A stretch of 64,000 bases of DNA, taken from Acidobacteriota bacterium. GTDB taxonomy: Bacteria > Acidobacteriota > Thermoanaerobaculia > UBA5066. The translations under genes and the position numbers were made by a program. Where the stretch lies: the NCBI GenBank assembly GCA_029781975.1, contig JAKOVQ010000016.1, positions 530,086 through 594,085 of the forward strand, in the 5' to 3' direction. Of the stretch, positions 51,427-60,319 are shown in pieces. The notes beneath the pieces are model-generated. The model was given only the letters and a program-made list of their open reading frames with translations. It ran no database searches and was not told the DNA's origin. Each line of letters begins with the position of its first letter. Within the stretch, counting starts at the first letter, position 1.

Positions 51427-53250
51427 ATGCAGAAACGAACGGCCCCCGTCGTTCTCGTCGCCCTCGCCGTCCTCGCCTTCGTCGCGCTTCCTCTCGCGAC
51501 GCTCCCCGCTTCCGCCGCTCCCCCGACAGTCGAGGAGGCGAAGGCGTGGGTCGCGAAGGCCGAGGAGAGGTACCTCGCGCTCAGCATCGACACGGAGCGG
51601 GCCAACTGGGTCCAGGCGAACTTCATCACCGACGACACGGAGGCCATCGCCGCCAACGCGGGGGAGCGGCGCGCCCGCGCGGTCGCCGAGATGGCCCAGG
51701 AGGCGACCCGCTTCGACGGCCTCGCGCTCCCCGAGGACGTCGCGCGCAAGCTGAAGCTCCTCAAGCTCTCGCTCACCCTCGCCGCCCCCGCCGACCCGAA
51801 GAAGAGCGAGGAGCTCGCCCGGATCGTCGCCGGGATGGAGGGGACCTACGGCAAGGGGAAGTGGTGCCCGTCCGGCCCCGAGAGCTGCATGGACCTCGAG
51901 ACGATCTCCAGGAAGCTCGCCACGAGCCGCGACCCGAAGGAGCTCCAGGCCCTCTGGCTCGGGTGGCACTCCATCGCGCCGCCGATGAAGGCCGACTTCG
52001 TGAGGTACGTCGCCCTCGGCAACGAGGGGGCGAAGGAGCTCGGCTTCGCCGACACCGGCGCGCTCTGGCGGTCGAAGTACGACATGCCGCCCGACCGGTA
52101 CGGCAGGGAGCTCGACCGGCTCTGGGAGCAGGTGAAGCCGCTCTACGTCTCGCTCCACGCCTACGTCCGCTGGAAGCTGCGCGAGGTGTACGGCAAGGAC
52201 GTCGTCCCCGAGAAGGGGCCGATCCCGGCGCACCTCCTCGGGAACATGTGGGCGCAGACGTGGGGCTACGTCTACCCGCTCGTCGCCCCGAAGGAGACGG
52301 ATCCGGGCTACGACCTGACGGCGATCCTGAAGGAGCGGAAGTTCGACGAGCGGAAGATGGTGCGGACCGGCGAGGCCTTCTTCACCTCGCTCGGCTTCGC
52401 GCCCCTCCCGAAGACGTTCTGGGAGCGGTCGCTCTTCGCCCGGCCGAGGGACCGGGACGTCGTCTGCCACGCGAGCGCCTGGGACGTCGACTGGAAGGAC
52501 GACCTGCGCCTCAAGATGTGCATCGAGATCAACGCGGAGGACTTCGCGACGGTCCACCACGAGCTCGGGCACAACTTCTACCAGCGCGCCTACTCCGACC
52601 AGCCCCCCCTCTTCCGCGACAGCGCCAACGACGGCTTCCACGAGGCGATCGGCGACACCATCGCCCTCTCGATCACCCCCGACTACCTTGTGAAGATCGG
52701 CCTCCTCGACGAGGTCCCGCCGCCGTCGAAGGACATCGGCTACCTCCTGAACATGGCGCTCGACAAGATCGCCTTCCTCCCCTTCGGCCTCCTCATCGAC
52801 AAGTGGCGCTGGGAGGTCTTCTCGGGGCAGGTGACGCCCGACCACTACAACCAGGCGTGGTGGGACCTCAAGCTGAAGTACCAGGGGGTCGCCCCGCCCG
52901 TCCCGCGGACCGAGGCCGACTTCGACCCGGGCGCGAAGTACCACGTCGCCGCCAACGTCCCCTACTCGCGCTACTACCTCGCCGCCATCCTCCAGTTCCA
53001 GCTCGACCGGGCCCTCGCGAAGACGGCCGGCTGCACCCAGCCCCTCCACCGCTGCTCGATCTACGGCAACAAGGAGGCCGGGGCGAAGCTGATGAAGATG
53101 CTCGAGATGGGGCAGAGCAAGCCGTGGCCCGACGCCCTCCAGGCGGTCACGGGCCAGCGGCAGATGGATGCCACGGCCATCCTCGAGTACTTCGCTCCGC
53201 TCCAGAAGTGGCTCGACGAGCAGAACAAGGGGAAGCCGGTCGGCTGGTGA
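51427..53250 (+). CDS. M2-family peptidyl-dipeptidase (angiotensin-converting-enzyme-like), secreted
   Basis: ATG 51427; signal peptide MQKRTAPVVLVALAVLAFVALPLATLPASAA; zincin motif HHELGHNFYQ + downstream EAIGD (Glu ligand); ~607 aa. Confidence 0.9.
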   Translation: MQKRTAPVVLVALAVLAFVALPLATLPASAAPPTVEEAKAWVAKAEERYLALSIDTERANWVQANFITDDTEAIAANAGERRARAVAEMAQEATRFDGLALPEDVARKLKLLKLSLTLAAPADPKKSEELARIVAGMEGTYGKGKWCPSGPESCMDLETISRKLATSRDPKELQALWLGWHSIAPPMKADFVRYVALGNEGAKELGFADTGALWRSKYDMPPDRYGRELDRLWEQVKPLYVSLHAYVRWKLREVYGKDVVPEKGPIPAHLLGNMWAQTWGYVYPLVAPKETDPGYDLTAILKERKFDERKMVRTGEAFFTSLGFAPLPKTFWERSLFARPRDRDVVCHASAWDVDWKDDLRLKMCIEINAEDFATVHHELGHNFYQRAYSDQPPLFRDSANDGFHEAIGDTIALSITPDYLVKIGLLDEVPPPSKDIGYLLNMALDKIAFLPFGLLIDKWRWEVFSGQVTPDHYNQAWWDLKLKYQGVAPPVPRTEADFDPGAKYHVAANVPYSRYYLAAILQFQLDRALAKTAGCTQPLHRCSIYGNKEAGAKLMKMLEMGQSKPWPDALQAVTGQRQMDATAILEYFAPLQKWLDEQNKGKPVGW

Positions 53251-53254
53251 GCCG

Positions 53255-54622
53255 GTGACGGGAGGGCGTGCGAGGCTCGACGTCGCGGTCGTCAGCCGGA
53301 ACACCGACTCGTTCCTCCACGCCCTCCTCGCCTCCCTCGCCGTGCGCCTCCCGCCGGAGGCGCCCGGCGAGGTCCACGTCCTGGACAACGGCTCGACCGA
53401 CCGGAGCCGCGAGCTCCTCGCCCGCTGGGCCACGCGCGTCCCGTGGCTGAGGATCCACCTCTCGCCGACGAACCTCGGCCACGGCCCCGCCCTCGACCGG
53501 CTCCTGCGCCGTCACGCCCGAGGCGCGTGGGCCCTTCTCCTCGACTCGGACGCCGTCGTCCTCTCGGACCCCGTCCCGGCGCTCGAGCCGCTCCTCGAGG
53601 GGACCCGGGCGACGACGGAGCCCACCGAGCCCTTCGCGTTCCCCGGAGCGGGGACGCCGCCCGCCTTCGTCGGCCAGGTCCACCCCGAGCCCGACCAGCT
53701 CTACGCCTACCTCTGCCACCTCGTCGTCCACCGGCCGACGTACCTGACGCTCCCTCCGTTCGAGGACGCCGGCGCGCCGGGGCTCGCCTTCTTCCGCTCG
53801 GTCGAGGAGCGGGGCCTCCCCTGGACGCGGTTCCGCTGGTCCGACCACGTCCTCCACTTCGGGCAGGCCTCGCTCCGGAGCGTCCTCGAGCGGGGCGAGG
53901 CGAGCCACCCCTTCTTCCGCTTCGCGCGCGACGAGAGCCGCCGCTACCCGAAGGGCCCGCAAAGGCTGGAGGCGGAGAGGCGGCTCGATCGCGCGCGCGA
54001 CGCCTTTCTCGCAGGAACGGACGGGCCGGGAGGGGCGCTCCGTGCCCTGGAAGGCCTCGAGCTCGCTCCCGCGGCGCCGCCGGCGCCACGGGAGTCGAAG
54101 CGCCCGCCGCGGCTCCTCCCCCTCCCCTGGCGCGGCGCGCACGCGCGGCGGGCCGGCGCAGCGGCCGGCCGCGACGCCCTCCTCGCCCTCGCCCGCGCGG
54201 TCCGGCGGAGCGCGCCGGCGCGGGTCCTCGAGATCGGCAGCGGCCGCGGCGCAACGCTCGGACTCTGGGCCCAGCTCGCGCGGGAGGACGCCCTCCTCGT
54301 CAGCGTCGACCTTCCGCCGTGGGAGCTCGACGACCCGGGGGAGCCGGCGCGCCGGCTCCTCCTGCAACGTCTCGCGCGGGGGAGGCAGAGGGTCGAGGTC
54401 GTGCGGGGCAATCCCCTCGCGGACGAGACGCGCTCGTGCGTACGCGAGCTCCTATCCGGAGCGCCCGTCGACCTCCTCTACATCGCGGCGGGGGCCGGCG
54501 GTGGTCGCGCGGGCCGGGGCCTCGAGCCGGCGGAGCCGGCGCGGCTCCTGGAGGCCTATCGCCCCTTCGTCCGTCCGGGCGGCCTCCTCGCCATGACCGG
54601 GGCGCCGCCGATCGCCGGCTGA
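53255..54622 (+). CDS. GT2-family glycosyltransferase fused to a class-I SAM-methyltransferase-like C-terminal domain
   Basis: GTG 53255, 4 nt after M2 peptidase stop; N-terminus LDVAVVSRNT...VHVLDNGSTD...LLDSDAVV (GT-A DxD); C-terminus ARVLEIGSGRGATLGLWAQL...LVSVDL (GxGxG MTase fold). Confidence 0.75.
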   Translation: MTGGRARLDVAVVSRNTDSFLHALLASLAVRLPPEAPGEVHVLDNGSTDRSRELLARWATRVPWLRIHLSPTNLGHGPALDRLLRRHARGAWALLLDSDAVVLSDPVPALEPLLEGTRATTEPTEPFAFPGAGTPPAFVGQVHPEPDQLYAYLCHLVVHRPTYLTLPPFEDAGAPGLAFFRSVEERGLPWTRFRWSDHVLHFGQASLRSVLERGEASHPFFRFARDESRRYPKGPQRLEAERRLDRARDAFLAGTDGPGGALRALEGLELAPAAPPAPRESKRPPRLLPLPWRGAHARRAGAAAGRDALLALARAVRRSAPARVLEIGSGRGATLGLWAQLAREDALLVSVDLPPWELDDPGEPARRLLLQRLARGRQRVEVVRGNPLADETRSCVRELLSGAPVDLLYIAAGAGGGRAGRGLEPAEPARLLEAYRPFVRPGGLLAMTGAPPIAG

Positions 54623-54698
54623 AAGAGAAAGGAGCCGGGGACGTCCCCGGCTCCCGATCTCGGCCCGCTCGCCCGAGCGGGCGCCGGGAAGGCGCCGG

Positions 54699-56054
54699 TC
54701 AGCTCCCGGCGAACTGGACCCCCTCGAAGACGAGGGTCGGCGTCAGCATCGAAGAATACGGGTAGGGGTCGTTGCCGACCGCGGCCAGCTTCTTCCAGAG
54801 CTCGAGGTGGTTCCCGGAGATGTTCATCTCGCCGATCGGCTCGGCGAGCTTCCCGCCGCGGACCCGGAACCCCTGGACGCCGAGGGAGAAGTCCCCGGTC
54901 GTCCCGTTGGAGTTCCCGCCGAGGAAGCCGGTGACGAAGATGCCGTCCTTCATCGCGGCCACGAGCGGGTCGCGGCCGGAGTCGCCCAGCTTCCAGACGA
55001 GGTTCGAGGGGCGGGCCGTCGTCGGGGCCACCTTCAGCTTCTTGCCGTAGTAGGTGTCGATGAAGTAGGTCCTCAGGGTCCCTTCCTCGAAGACGGGGAT
55101 CCGCTTCGCGGCGATCCCCTCGCCGTCGAAGAGGCGCGACCCGAAGCCCTTCGGGACGAGCGGGTCGTCGAGAAGGGTGAGGTGCGGGCTGCCGATCGTC
55201 TGCCCCAGCTTCCCCTCGAGGAACGACCGCTTCTGCTGGAGCGCCCCGCCCGAGAGCGGCCCGAGGAGGAACGCCACGAGGCGGCTGGCCGCGCGGTTCT
55301 CGACCGCCATCGTCAGGACGGCGGATTCCCCCTTCTTCGCCCCGACGCGGGAGAGCGCGCGCTCCGCCGCCTCGCGGCCGACCGCCTCGGGAGAGGGGAC
55401 CTCGCCGCGGAATCGGGCGCCGGCGTAGGCGTAGTCCTCGGGCTTACGGCCGTCGGGGTCCTTGACGCTCACCTCGGCGGAGAGCCAGAAGGAGGTGTCG
55501 CGCCGGCTGCCGGTGAAGCCGTTGGAGTGGACCTGCCAGCTCTCGGAAAGGGAGTCGCTGAAGCTCGTCGTCACGGAGAGGATCGAGCCGGCGCCCTGAA
55601 CCGCGCGGGCGGCCTTCTCGGCCTCCCTGGCCAGCGTCCGGCGCTCCTCGGCCGAGACGGCGGCGTACTTCGGGTCCTCGAGCTTCAGGTCGACGCTGGC
55701 CTGCCCCTCGTAGAGCTTCGGCTCGGGGAGCGAGCGGAACGGGTCCTTCGCCAGGGCGCGGGTGAGGGCGACCGAGTCGCCGACGAAGGTGTCGAGCGCC
55801 TCGGGACGGAGGTCGCTCGTCGAGACGGCGGCGTAGCGGCCGTCGACGTAGAGGGAGAGGCCGAGGCCGCGAGTCGTCGCCTCGTGGATCTTCTCCACGG
55901 CGCCGTCGCGCCAGCGGACCTCCACCTCGCGGACCCGGTAGGCGCGGACGCCCGCCTCCCGGGCCCCCTTCTTCAGGGCGAGCTTCACGGCGTCGTGGGC
56001 GGCGGCGAGCATGTCGGTGGCGGTCGGGGCGGCGGGGGTGGTGGTCGTCGTCAT
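54699..56054 (-). CDS. pmbA: PmbA/TldE-family metalloprotease partner protein (peptidase U62)
   Basis: 451 aa; TldD/PmbA fold blocks; 13 nt downstream of tldD. Confidence 0.9.
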   Translation of the reverse strand: MTTTTTPAAPTATDMLAAAHDAVKLALKKGAREAGVRAYRVREVEVRWRDGAVEKIHEATTRGLGLSLYVDGRYAAVSTSDLRPEALDTFVGDSVALTRALAKDPFRSLPEPKLYEGQASVDLKLEDPKYAAVSAEERRTLAREAEKAARAVQGAGSILSVTTSFSDSLSESWQVHSNGFTGSRRDTSFWLSAEVSVKDPDGRKPEDYAYAGARFRGEVPSPEAVGREAAERALSRVGAKKGESAVLTMAVENRAASRLVAFLLGPLSGGALQQKRSFLEGKLGQTIGSPHLTLLDDPLVPKGFGSRLFDGEGIAAKRIPVFEEGTLRTYFIDTYYGKKLKVAPTTARPSNLVWKLGDSGRDPLVAAMKDGIFVTGFLGGNSNGTTGDFSLGVQGFRVRGGKLAEPIGEMNISGNHLELWKKLAAVGNDPYPYSSMLTPTLVFEGVQFAGS

Positions 56055-56067
56055 GGCGGTCCCCTCC

Positions 56068-57624
56068 TCACGCCTTCTTCCCGCGGCCGCCGACGGTGAT
56101 CGAGGCGACGCGGACGGTCGGGATCCCCTGCGAGACCGGGACGCTCTGGCCGTCCTTGCCGCAGGTCCACCCCCCCTCGTCGATGACGAGGTCGTCGGAG
56201 ACCATGTCGACGAGCTCGAGGACCTTCGGGCCGTTGCCGATGATGTTGACGTCCTTGATCGGGCGGGTGAGCCTGCCGTCCTCGATCAGGTAGCCGTTCT
56301 TGACGTAGAAGGTGAAGTCGCCGGCGCCGATCTGGACCTGGCCGTTGGTGAAGTTCGAGCAGAAGATCCCGCTCTTCACCGAGGCGATGATCTCCTCCTT
56401 CTTGTGCGGCCCCGGGAGCATGTAGGTGGCCCGCATCCGCGGCATCGGCGCGTACTGGTAGCTCTCGCGGCGCCCGTTGCCGGTCGGCTTCACCTTGTAG
56501 TGCTTCGCCGAGATCGAGTCGTGGAGGTAGGTCGTCAGGACCCCCTTCTCGACGAGCATCGTCTTGCCGACGGGGTTCCCCTCGTCGTCCACGTTGATCG
56601 AGCCGCGGGCGGCCTCGAGCGTCCCCTCGTCGACGATGTTGACGAACGGCTTCGCGATCGGCTTGCCGATCTTGTCGGAGTAGATCGAGATCCCCTTCCG
56701 GTTGAAGTCGGCCTCCATCCCGTGGCCGATCGCCTCGTGGAGGAGGATCCCGGAGGCGCCCGCGCCGAGGACGACCGGCATCTCCCCGGCGGGCGGGGTC
56801 ACCGCCTCGAAGAGGATCGTCGTCCGGGCGACGGCCTCCTTCACGATCCTCTCGAGCTTCCCGGGCGTGTAGAAGCCGATGTCGGCCCGCCCCGCCACGT
56901 TGTACCCCCCCGTCTCCTTCTTGCCGCCCTGCTCGGCGACGCAGGAGAGGGAGAGGCTCGTCATCGGCTGGACGTCCGAGACGATCCGGCCGGTGGAGTC
57001 GGCGATCAGGATGGCCCCCGCCTGGTCCATGAAGCCGACGTTCACCTTCGTGATCCGCTTGTCGGCGGCGAAGACTTTCTCGTTCAGGCCCGTCAGGAAG
57101 GGGAGCTTCTGCTGCGGTCTCACCTCGTCCCACCGCACCTTGACGGGGTAGCGCGCCGGGAGGCCCGCGTCGGCCTTGAAGCCCTTCGGCCCCTGCTTCG
57201 CCGGGCCGTCGGCGATGGCGGCCGCGGTCTTCGCCGCCCGGACGACGGCCTCGAGGGTCAGGTCCTCGGTGTAGGCGTAGCCGGTCTGGTCCCCCTTCAC
57301 CGCCCGGACGCCGACGCCCAGCTCCACCGAGGCGTAGGCACGGTTCACCTCGCCGTCCTCGAGCGCCAGGCTGTTGCCGATCCGGTGCTGGAAGAAGAGG
57401 TCGGCGTAGTCCGCCCCCCTGGAGAGGGCGGCCCCGAGGGCGTCGCGGAGCATCTGCTCCGTGACGCCGAAGCGGGCGAAGGGGCCGATCCCCTCCGCGG
57501 GGCCCGCCTGGGCCGCCAGGGCGGTGCCCAGGTCCGAGAAGAGGTCGGGGACCGCGCCCGCCGCGAGGGCGGCGGCCCCGAGGCCGATCACGTTGCGTCT
57601 CGACATGCCGGGATTCTCTGTCAT
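56068..57624 (-). CDS. tldD: TldD-family zinc metalloprotease (peptidase U62) with N-terminal twin-arginine signal
   Basis: Start at ATG 57624 (MTENPGMSRRNVIGLGAAALAAGAVPDLFSDLGTALAAQA = S-R-R-x-[VF]-[IL] Tat motif + h-region + AxA); HExxxH variant HEAIGHGME present. Confidence 0.9.
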   Translation of the reverse strand: MTENPGMSRRNVIGLGAAALAAGAVPDLFSDLGTALAAQAGPAEGIGPFARFGVTEQMLRDALGAALSRGADYADLFFQHRIGNSLALEDGEVNRAYASVELGVGVRAVKGDQTGYAYTEDLTLEAVVRAAKTAAAIADGPAKQGPKGFKADAGLPARYPVKVRWDEVRPQQKLPFLTGLNEKVFAADKRITKVNVGFMDQAGAILIADSTGRIVSDVQPMTSLSLSCVAEQGGKKETGGYNVAGRADIGFYTPGKLERIVKEAVARTTILFEAVTPPAGEMPVVLGAGASGILLHEAIGHGMEADFNRKGISIYSDKIGKPIAKPFVNIVDEGTLEAARGSINVDDEGNPVGKTMLVEKGVLTTYLHDSISAKHYKVKPTGNGRRESYQYAPMPRMRATYMLPGPHKKEEIIASVKSGIFCSNFTNGQVQIGAGDFTFYVKNGYLIEDGRLTRPIKDVNIIGNGPKVLELVDMVSDDLVIDEGGWTCGKDGQSVPVSQGIPTVRVASITVGGRGKKA

Positions 57625-57763
57625 CGGGCGAATCCTCCGCTTCTCCCTGTGGCGAGAGGCCACAGACCGTCCTCGAACCCGAGGGACCTCAATCGGCTAC
57701 GGCCGGGTTGTCGAAAGGTTTCATCTGGATCGCGTCGCTCCCCGGACCGGCAGCCTCCTTCGG

Positions 57764-58069
57764 CTAGTGGAGGATCGCCTCGTAGCGCATGTGCCCCCCC
57801 TGCGGGCCCAGCGGTGCCAGGAAGAGCTCGAGGCCCGGGAAGGCCAGGTGCTGGAGCAGGTAGATCCTCTGCGGCACGACCGGGGTCATCGGCCCGAGGA
57901 AGATCAGGGAGAACCGCTGCGTCCGCGCCACGCCGGGCCGGGCGGGCCGCTCCGGGCCGCGAACGATCTCGGAGAGCTCGAGCTCGACGGTCCCGCGGGT
58001 GCCGACGGAGACGGAGAAGCGGTTCCCGATGTAGGGCGAGAAGCTCTGCGGCGTGAGCGGTTCCGGCAT
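57764..58069 (-). CDS. small hypothetical protein (101 aa)
   Basis: Balanced composition (MPEPLTPQSFSPYIGNRFSVSVGTRGTVELELSEIVRG...), upstream of tldD on the same strand; no family recognised. Confidence 0.45.
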   Translation of the reverse strand: MPEPLTPQSFSPYIGNRFSVSVGTRGTVELELSEIVRGPERPARPGVARTQRFSLIFLGPMTPVVPQRIYLLQHLAFPGLELFLAPLGPQGGHMRYEAILH

Positions 58070-58144
58070 CCGGCGTCCCCTTCCCGGGAGCGAGGATCGA
58101 CGGGATACCGGGGAAAGTAAAGGAGGGCGCGCGGTGCCGCGATC

Positions 58145-60319
58145 GTGGGATCATCGCTCCCGCGCACGTCCGTGACCGCCCGAGCCGCCGAAGAGCCCGC
58201 TGCCTCCGTTCGCCCGGAGTACCCGCCGTCGCGGACCGTCGACGCCGCGGAGACGCTCCATGGCGAGACGGTCGCCGACCCGTACCGCTGGCTGGAGGAA
58301 GGGAAGTCCCCCGAGGTCCAGGCCTGGATGGAGGCGCAGGACGGCGTGACGCGCCGGTTCCTCGCGCGGCTGCCCGAGCGCGAGCCCCTGGCGAGGCGGC
58401 TCCGCGAGCTCTTCTACGTCGACTCGGTGTCCGCCCCGCTCCGCCGCGGGGGGCGCACCTTCCTGACCCGCCGGAAGGGGAGCCAGGAGAAGGCGATCGT
58501 CTGCTGGAAGGAGGGGAAGGCGGGGGAAGAGAAGGTCCTCTTCGACCCCAACGCGTGGTCCGACGACGGGAACGTCTCGCTCGGCGACTGGAGCCCCTCC
58601 TGGGACGGGACGAAGGTCGCGTACCAGGTCCACCGGAACAACTCGGACGAGGCGACCCTCCACGTGATCGACGTGGCGAGCGGGAGGGTCTCGGCCGTCG
58701 ACGTCATCGAGGGGGCCAAGTACGCGAGCGCCTCGTGGACCCCGTCCGGCGACGGCTTCTACTACACGTGGCTGCCGCCCCTCGGGAAGGTCCCCGAGGC
58801 GGAACGCCCCGGCTGGGCGGAGGTGCGATTCCACCGTCTCGGGGAGGAGCCCGCCAGGGACCGGGTCGTCCACGCCCGGACGGGCGACCCGACGGCCTTC
58901 CTCGGCGCGTCGCTCTCCAGGGACGGCCGCTGGCTCGTCCTCTCGGTCCAGCACGGCTGGACCTCGACCGACGTCCTCTTCCGGGACCTCCACGACCCCG
59001 CGCACGAGGACCGCTGGACGCCGCTCGTCGTCGGGATCCTCGCGCACTTCTCGGTCGACGTCTTCCGCGACCGGTTCTACGTCACGACGGACGACGGCGC
59101 GCCGCGCGGCCGCGTCTGGGAGGTCGACCCCCTCCACCCGGCGCGGAAGGCATGGAGGGAGGTCGTCCCCGAAAGAGCCGACGCCACCCTCGCCGGGGCC
59201 GCGGTCCTCGGCGGCAGGCTGGTCGTCGGCCTCCTCCGGAACGCCTCGAGCCGCGTGGAGGTCCGCGAGCGCGACGGGCGCCTCCTGCGCGAGCTCCCGC
59301 TCCCCGGGCTCGGGTCGGTCGGGGGTCCGACGGGCGATCCGGAAGACGACGAGGCCTTTTACTCCTTCGAGTCGTACACCACGCCGCGCGAGATCTGGTC
59401 CTTCTCGGTCGCGACCGGAAGGCAGGAGCTCTTCGCCCGCCTCCCGGTCCCGGTCGAGACGGAACCCTACGTCGTCGAGCAGGTCTTCTACCCCTCGAAG
59501 GACGGGACGAGGGTCTCGATGTTCCTCGTCCACCGGAAGGACCTCGTGAAGGACGGCTCCGCCCGCTGCCTCCTCTACGGCTACGGGGGGTTCCAGGCGA
59601 GCGAGACCCCGGTCTTCGCCGCGAGCCTCTTCCCGTGGCTCGAGCGGGGGGGCGTCTTCGCGGCGCCGAACCTGCGCGGGGGGGGAGAGTACGGCGAGGC
59701 GTGGCACCGGGACGGGATGCTCCTCGCGAAGCAGAACGTCTTCGACGACTTCGTCGCCGCCGCCGGGTGGCTGGTGGAGGAGCGCTACACGCGGCCGTCG
59801 CGCCTCGTCATCCGCGGCGGCTCCAACGGCGGCCTCCTCGTCGGGGCGGCGATGACGCAGCGCCCGGACCTCTTCGCCGCCGTCCTCTGCGGCGTCCCGC
59901 TCCTCGACATGGTCCGCTACCCGCTCTTCGGGTCGGGGAAGACCTGGGTCAGCGAGTACGGCTCGCCGGACGACCCGGCGCCATTCAAAGCCCTCCTCGC
60001 CTACTCGCCCTACCACCACGTAACGAGGGGGACCCGCTACCCGGCGCTCCTCCTCCTCTCGGCGGACAGCGACGACCGCGTCGACCCGATGCACGCGAGG
60101 AAGTTCGCCGCCGCGGTGCAGGCCGCCTCGACGGGAGGCCCCGTCCTCCTCCGGATCGAGAGGAACGCCGGCCACGGCGGCGCCGACATGATCAAGGCCT
60201 CGGTGGAGAGCCGGGCCGACGAGTACGCCTTCGCCCTCGCCCTGACGCCGGACCTCCCGGCGCCGCGGCGGAAGGGACCATCAGGCCCCGACACCCTTCG
60301 CAGACCGGAGGAACGATGA
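58145..60319 (+). CDS. prolyl oligopeptidase (S9A family)
   Basis: 724 aa; N-terminal ADPYRWLEE motif, beta-propeller, catalytic GGSNGGLL (Ser), D and H in C-terminal alpha/beta domain; start codon (GTG 58145 vs 58172) uncertain. Confidence 0.9.
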   Translation: MGSSLPRTSVTARAAEEPAASVRPEYPPSRTVDAAETLHGETVADPYRWLEEGKSPEVQAWMEAQDGVTRRFLARLPEREPLARRLRELFYVDSVSAPLRRGGRTFLTRRKGSQEKAIVCWKEGKAGEEKVLFDPNAWSDDGNVSLGDWSPSWDGTKVAYQVHRNNSDEATLHVIDVASGRVSAVDVIEGAKYASASWTPSGDGFYYTWLPPLGKVPEAERPGWAEVRFHRLGEEPARDRVVHARTGDPTAFLGASLSRDGRWLVLSVQHGWTSTDVLFRDLHDPAHEDRWTPLVVGILAHFSVDVFRDRFYVTTDDGAPRGRVWEVDPLHPARKAWREVVPERADATLAGAAVLGGRLVVGLLRNASSRVEVRERDGRLLRELPLPGLGSVGGPTGDPEDDEAFYSFESYTTPREIWSFSVATGRQELFARLPVPVETEPYVVEQVFYPSKDGTRVSMFLVHRKDLVKDGSARCLLYGYGGFQASETPVFAASLFPWLERGGVFAAPNLRGGGEYGEAWHRDGMLLAKQNVFDDFVAAAGWLVEERYTRPSRLVIRGGSNGGLLVGAAMTQRPDLFAAVLCGVPLLDMVRYPLFGSGKTWVSEYGSPDDPAPFKALLAYSPYHHVTRGTRYPALLLLSADSDDRVDPMHARKFAAAVQAASTGGPVLLRIERNAGHGGADMIKASVESRADEYAFALALTPDLPAPRRKGPSGPDTLRRPEER

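Noticed and set aside
58555-60315. N-terminal 587 codons of the 1695-aa ORF ending at 63642
   Set aside because: Antisense/alternate frame of the prolyl oligopeptidase gene; real BNR protein starts at ATG 60316 with RBS and signal peptide.
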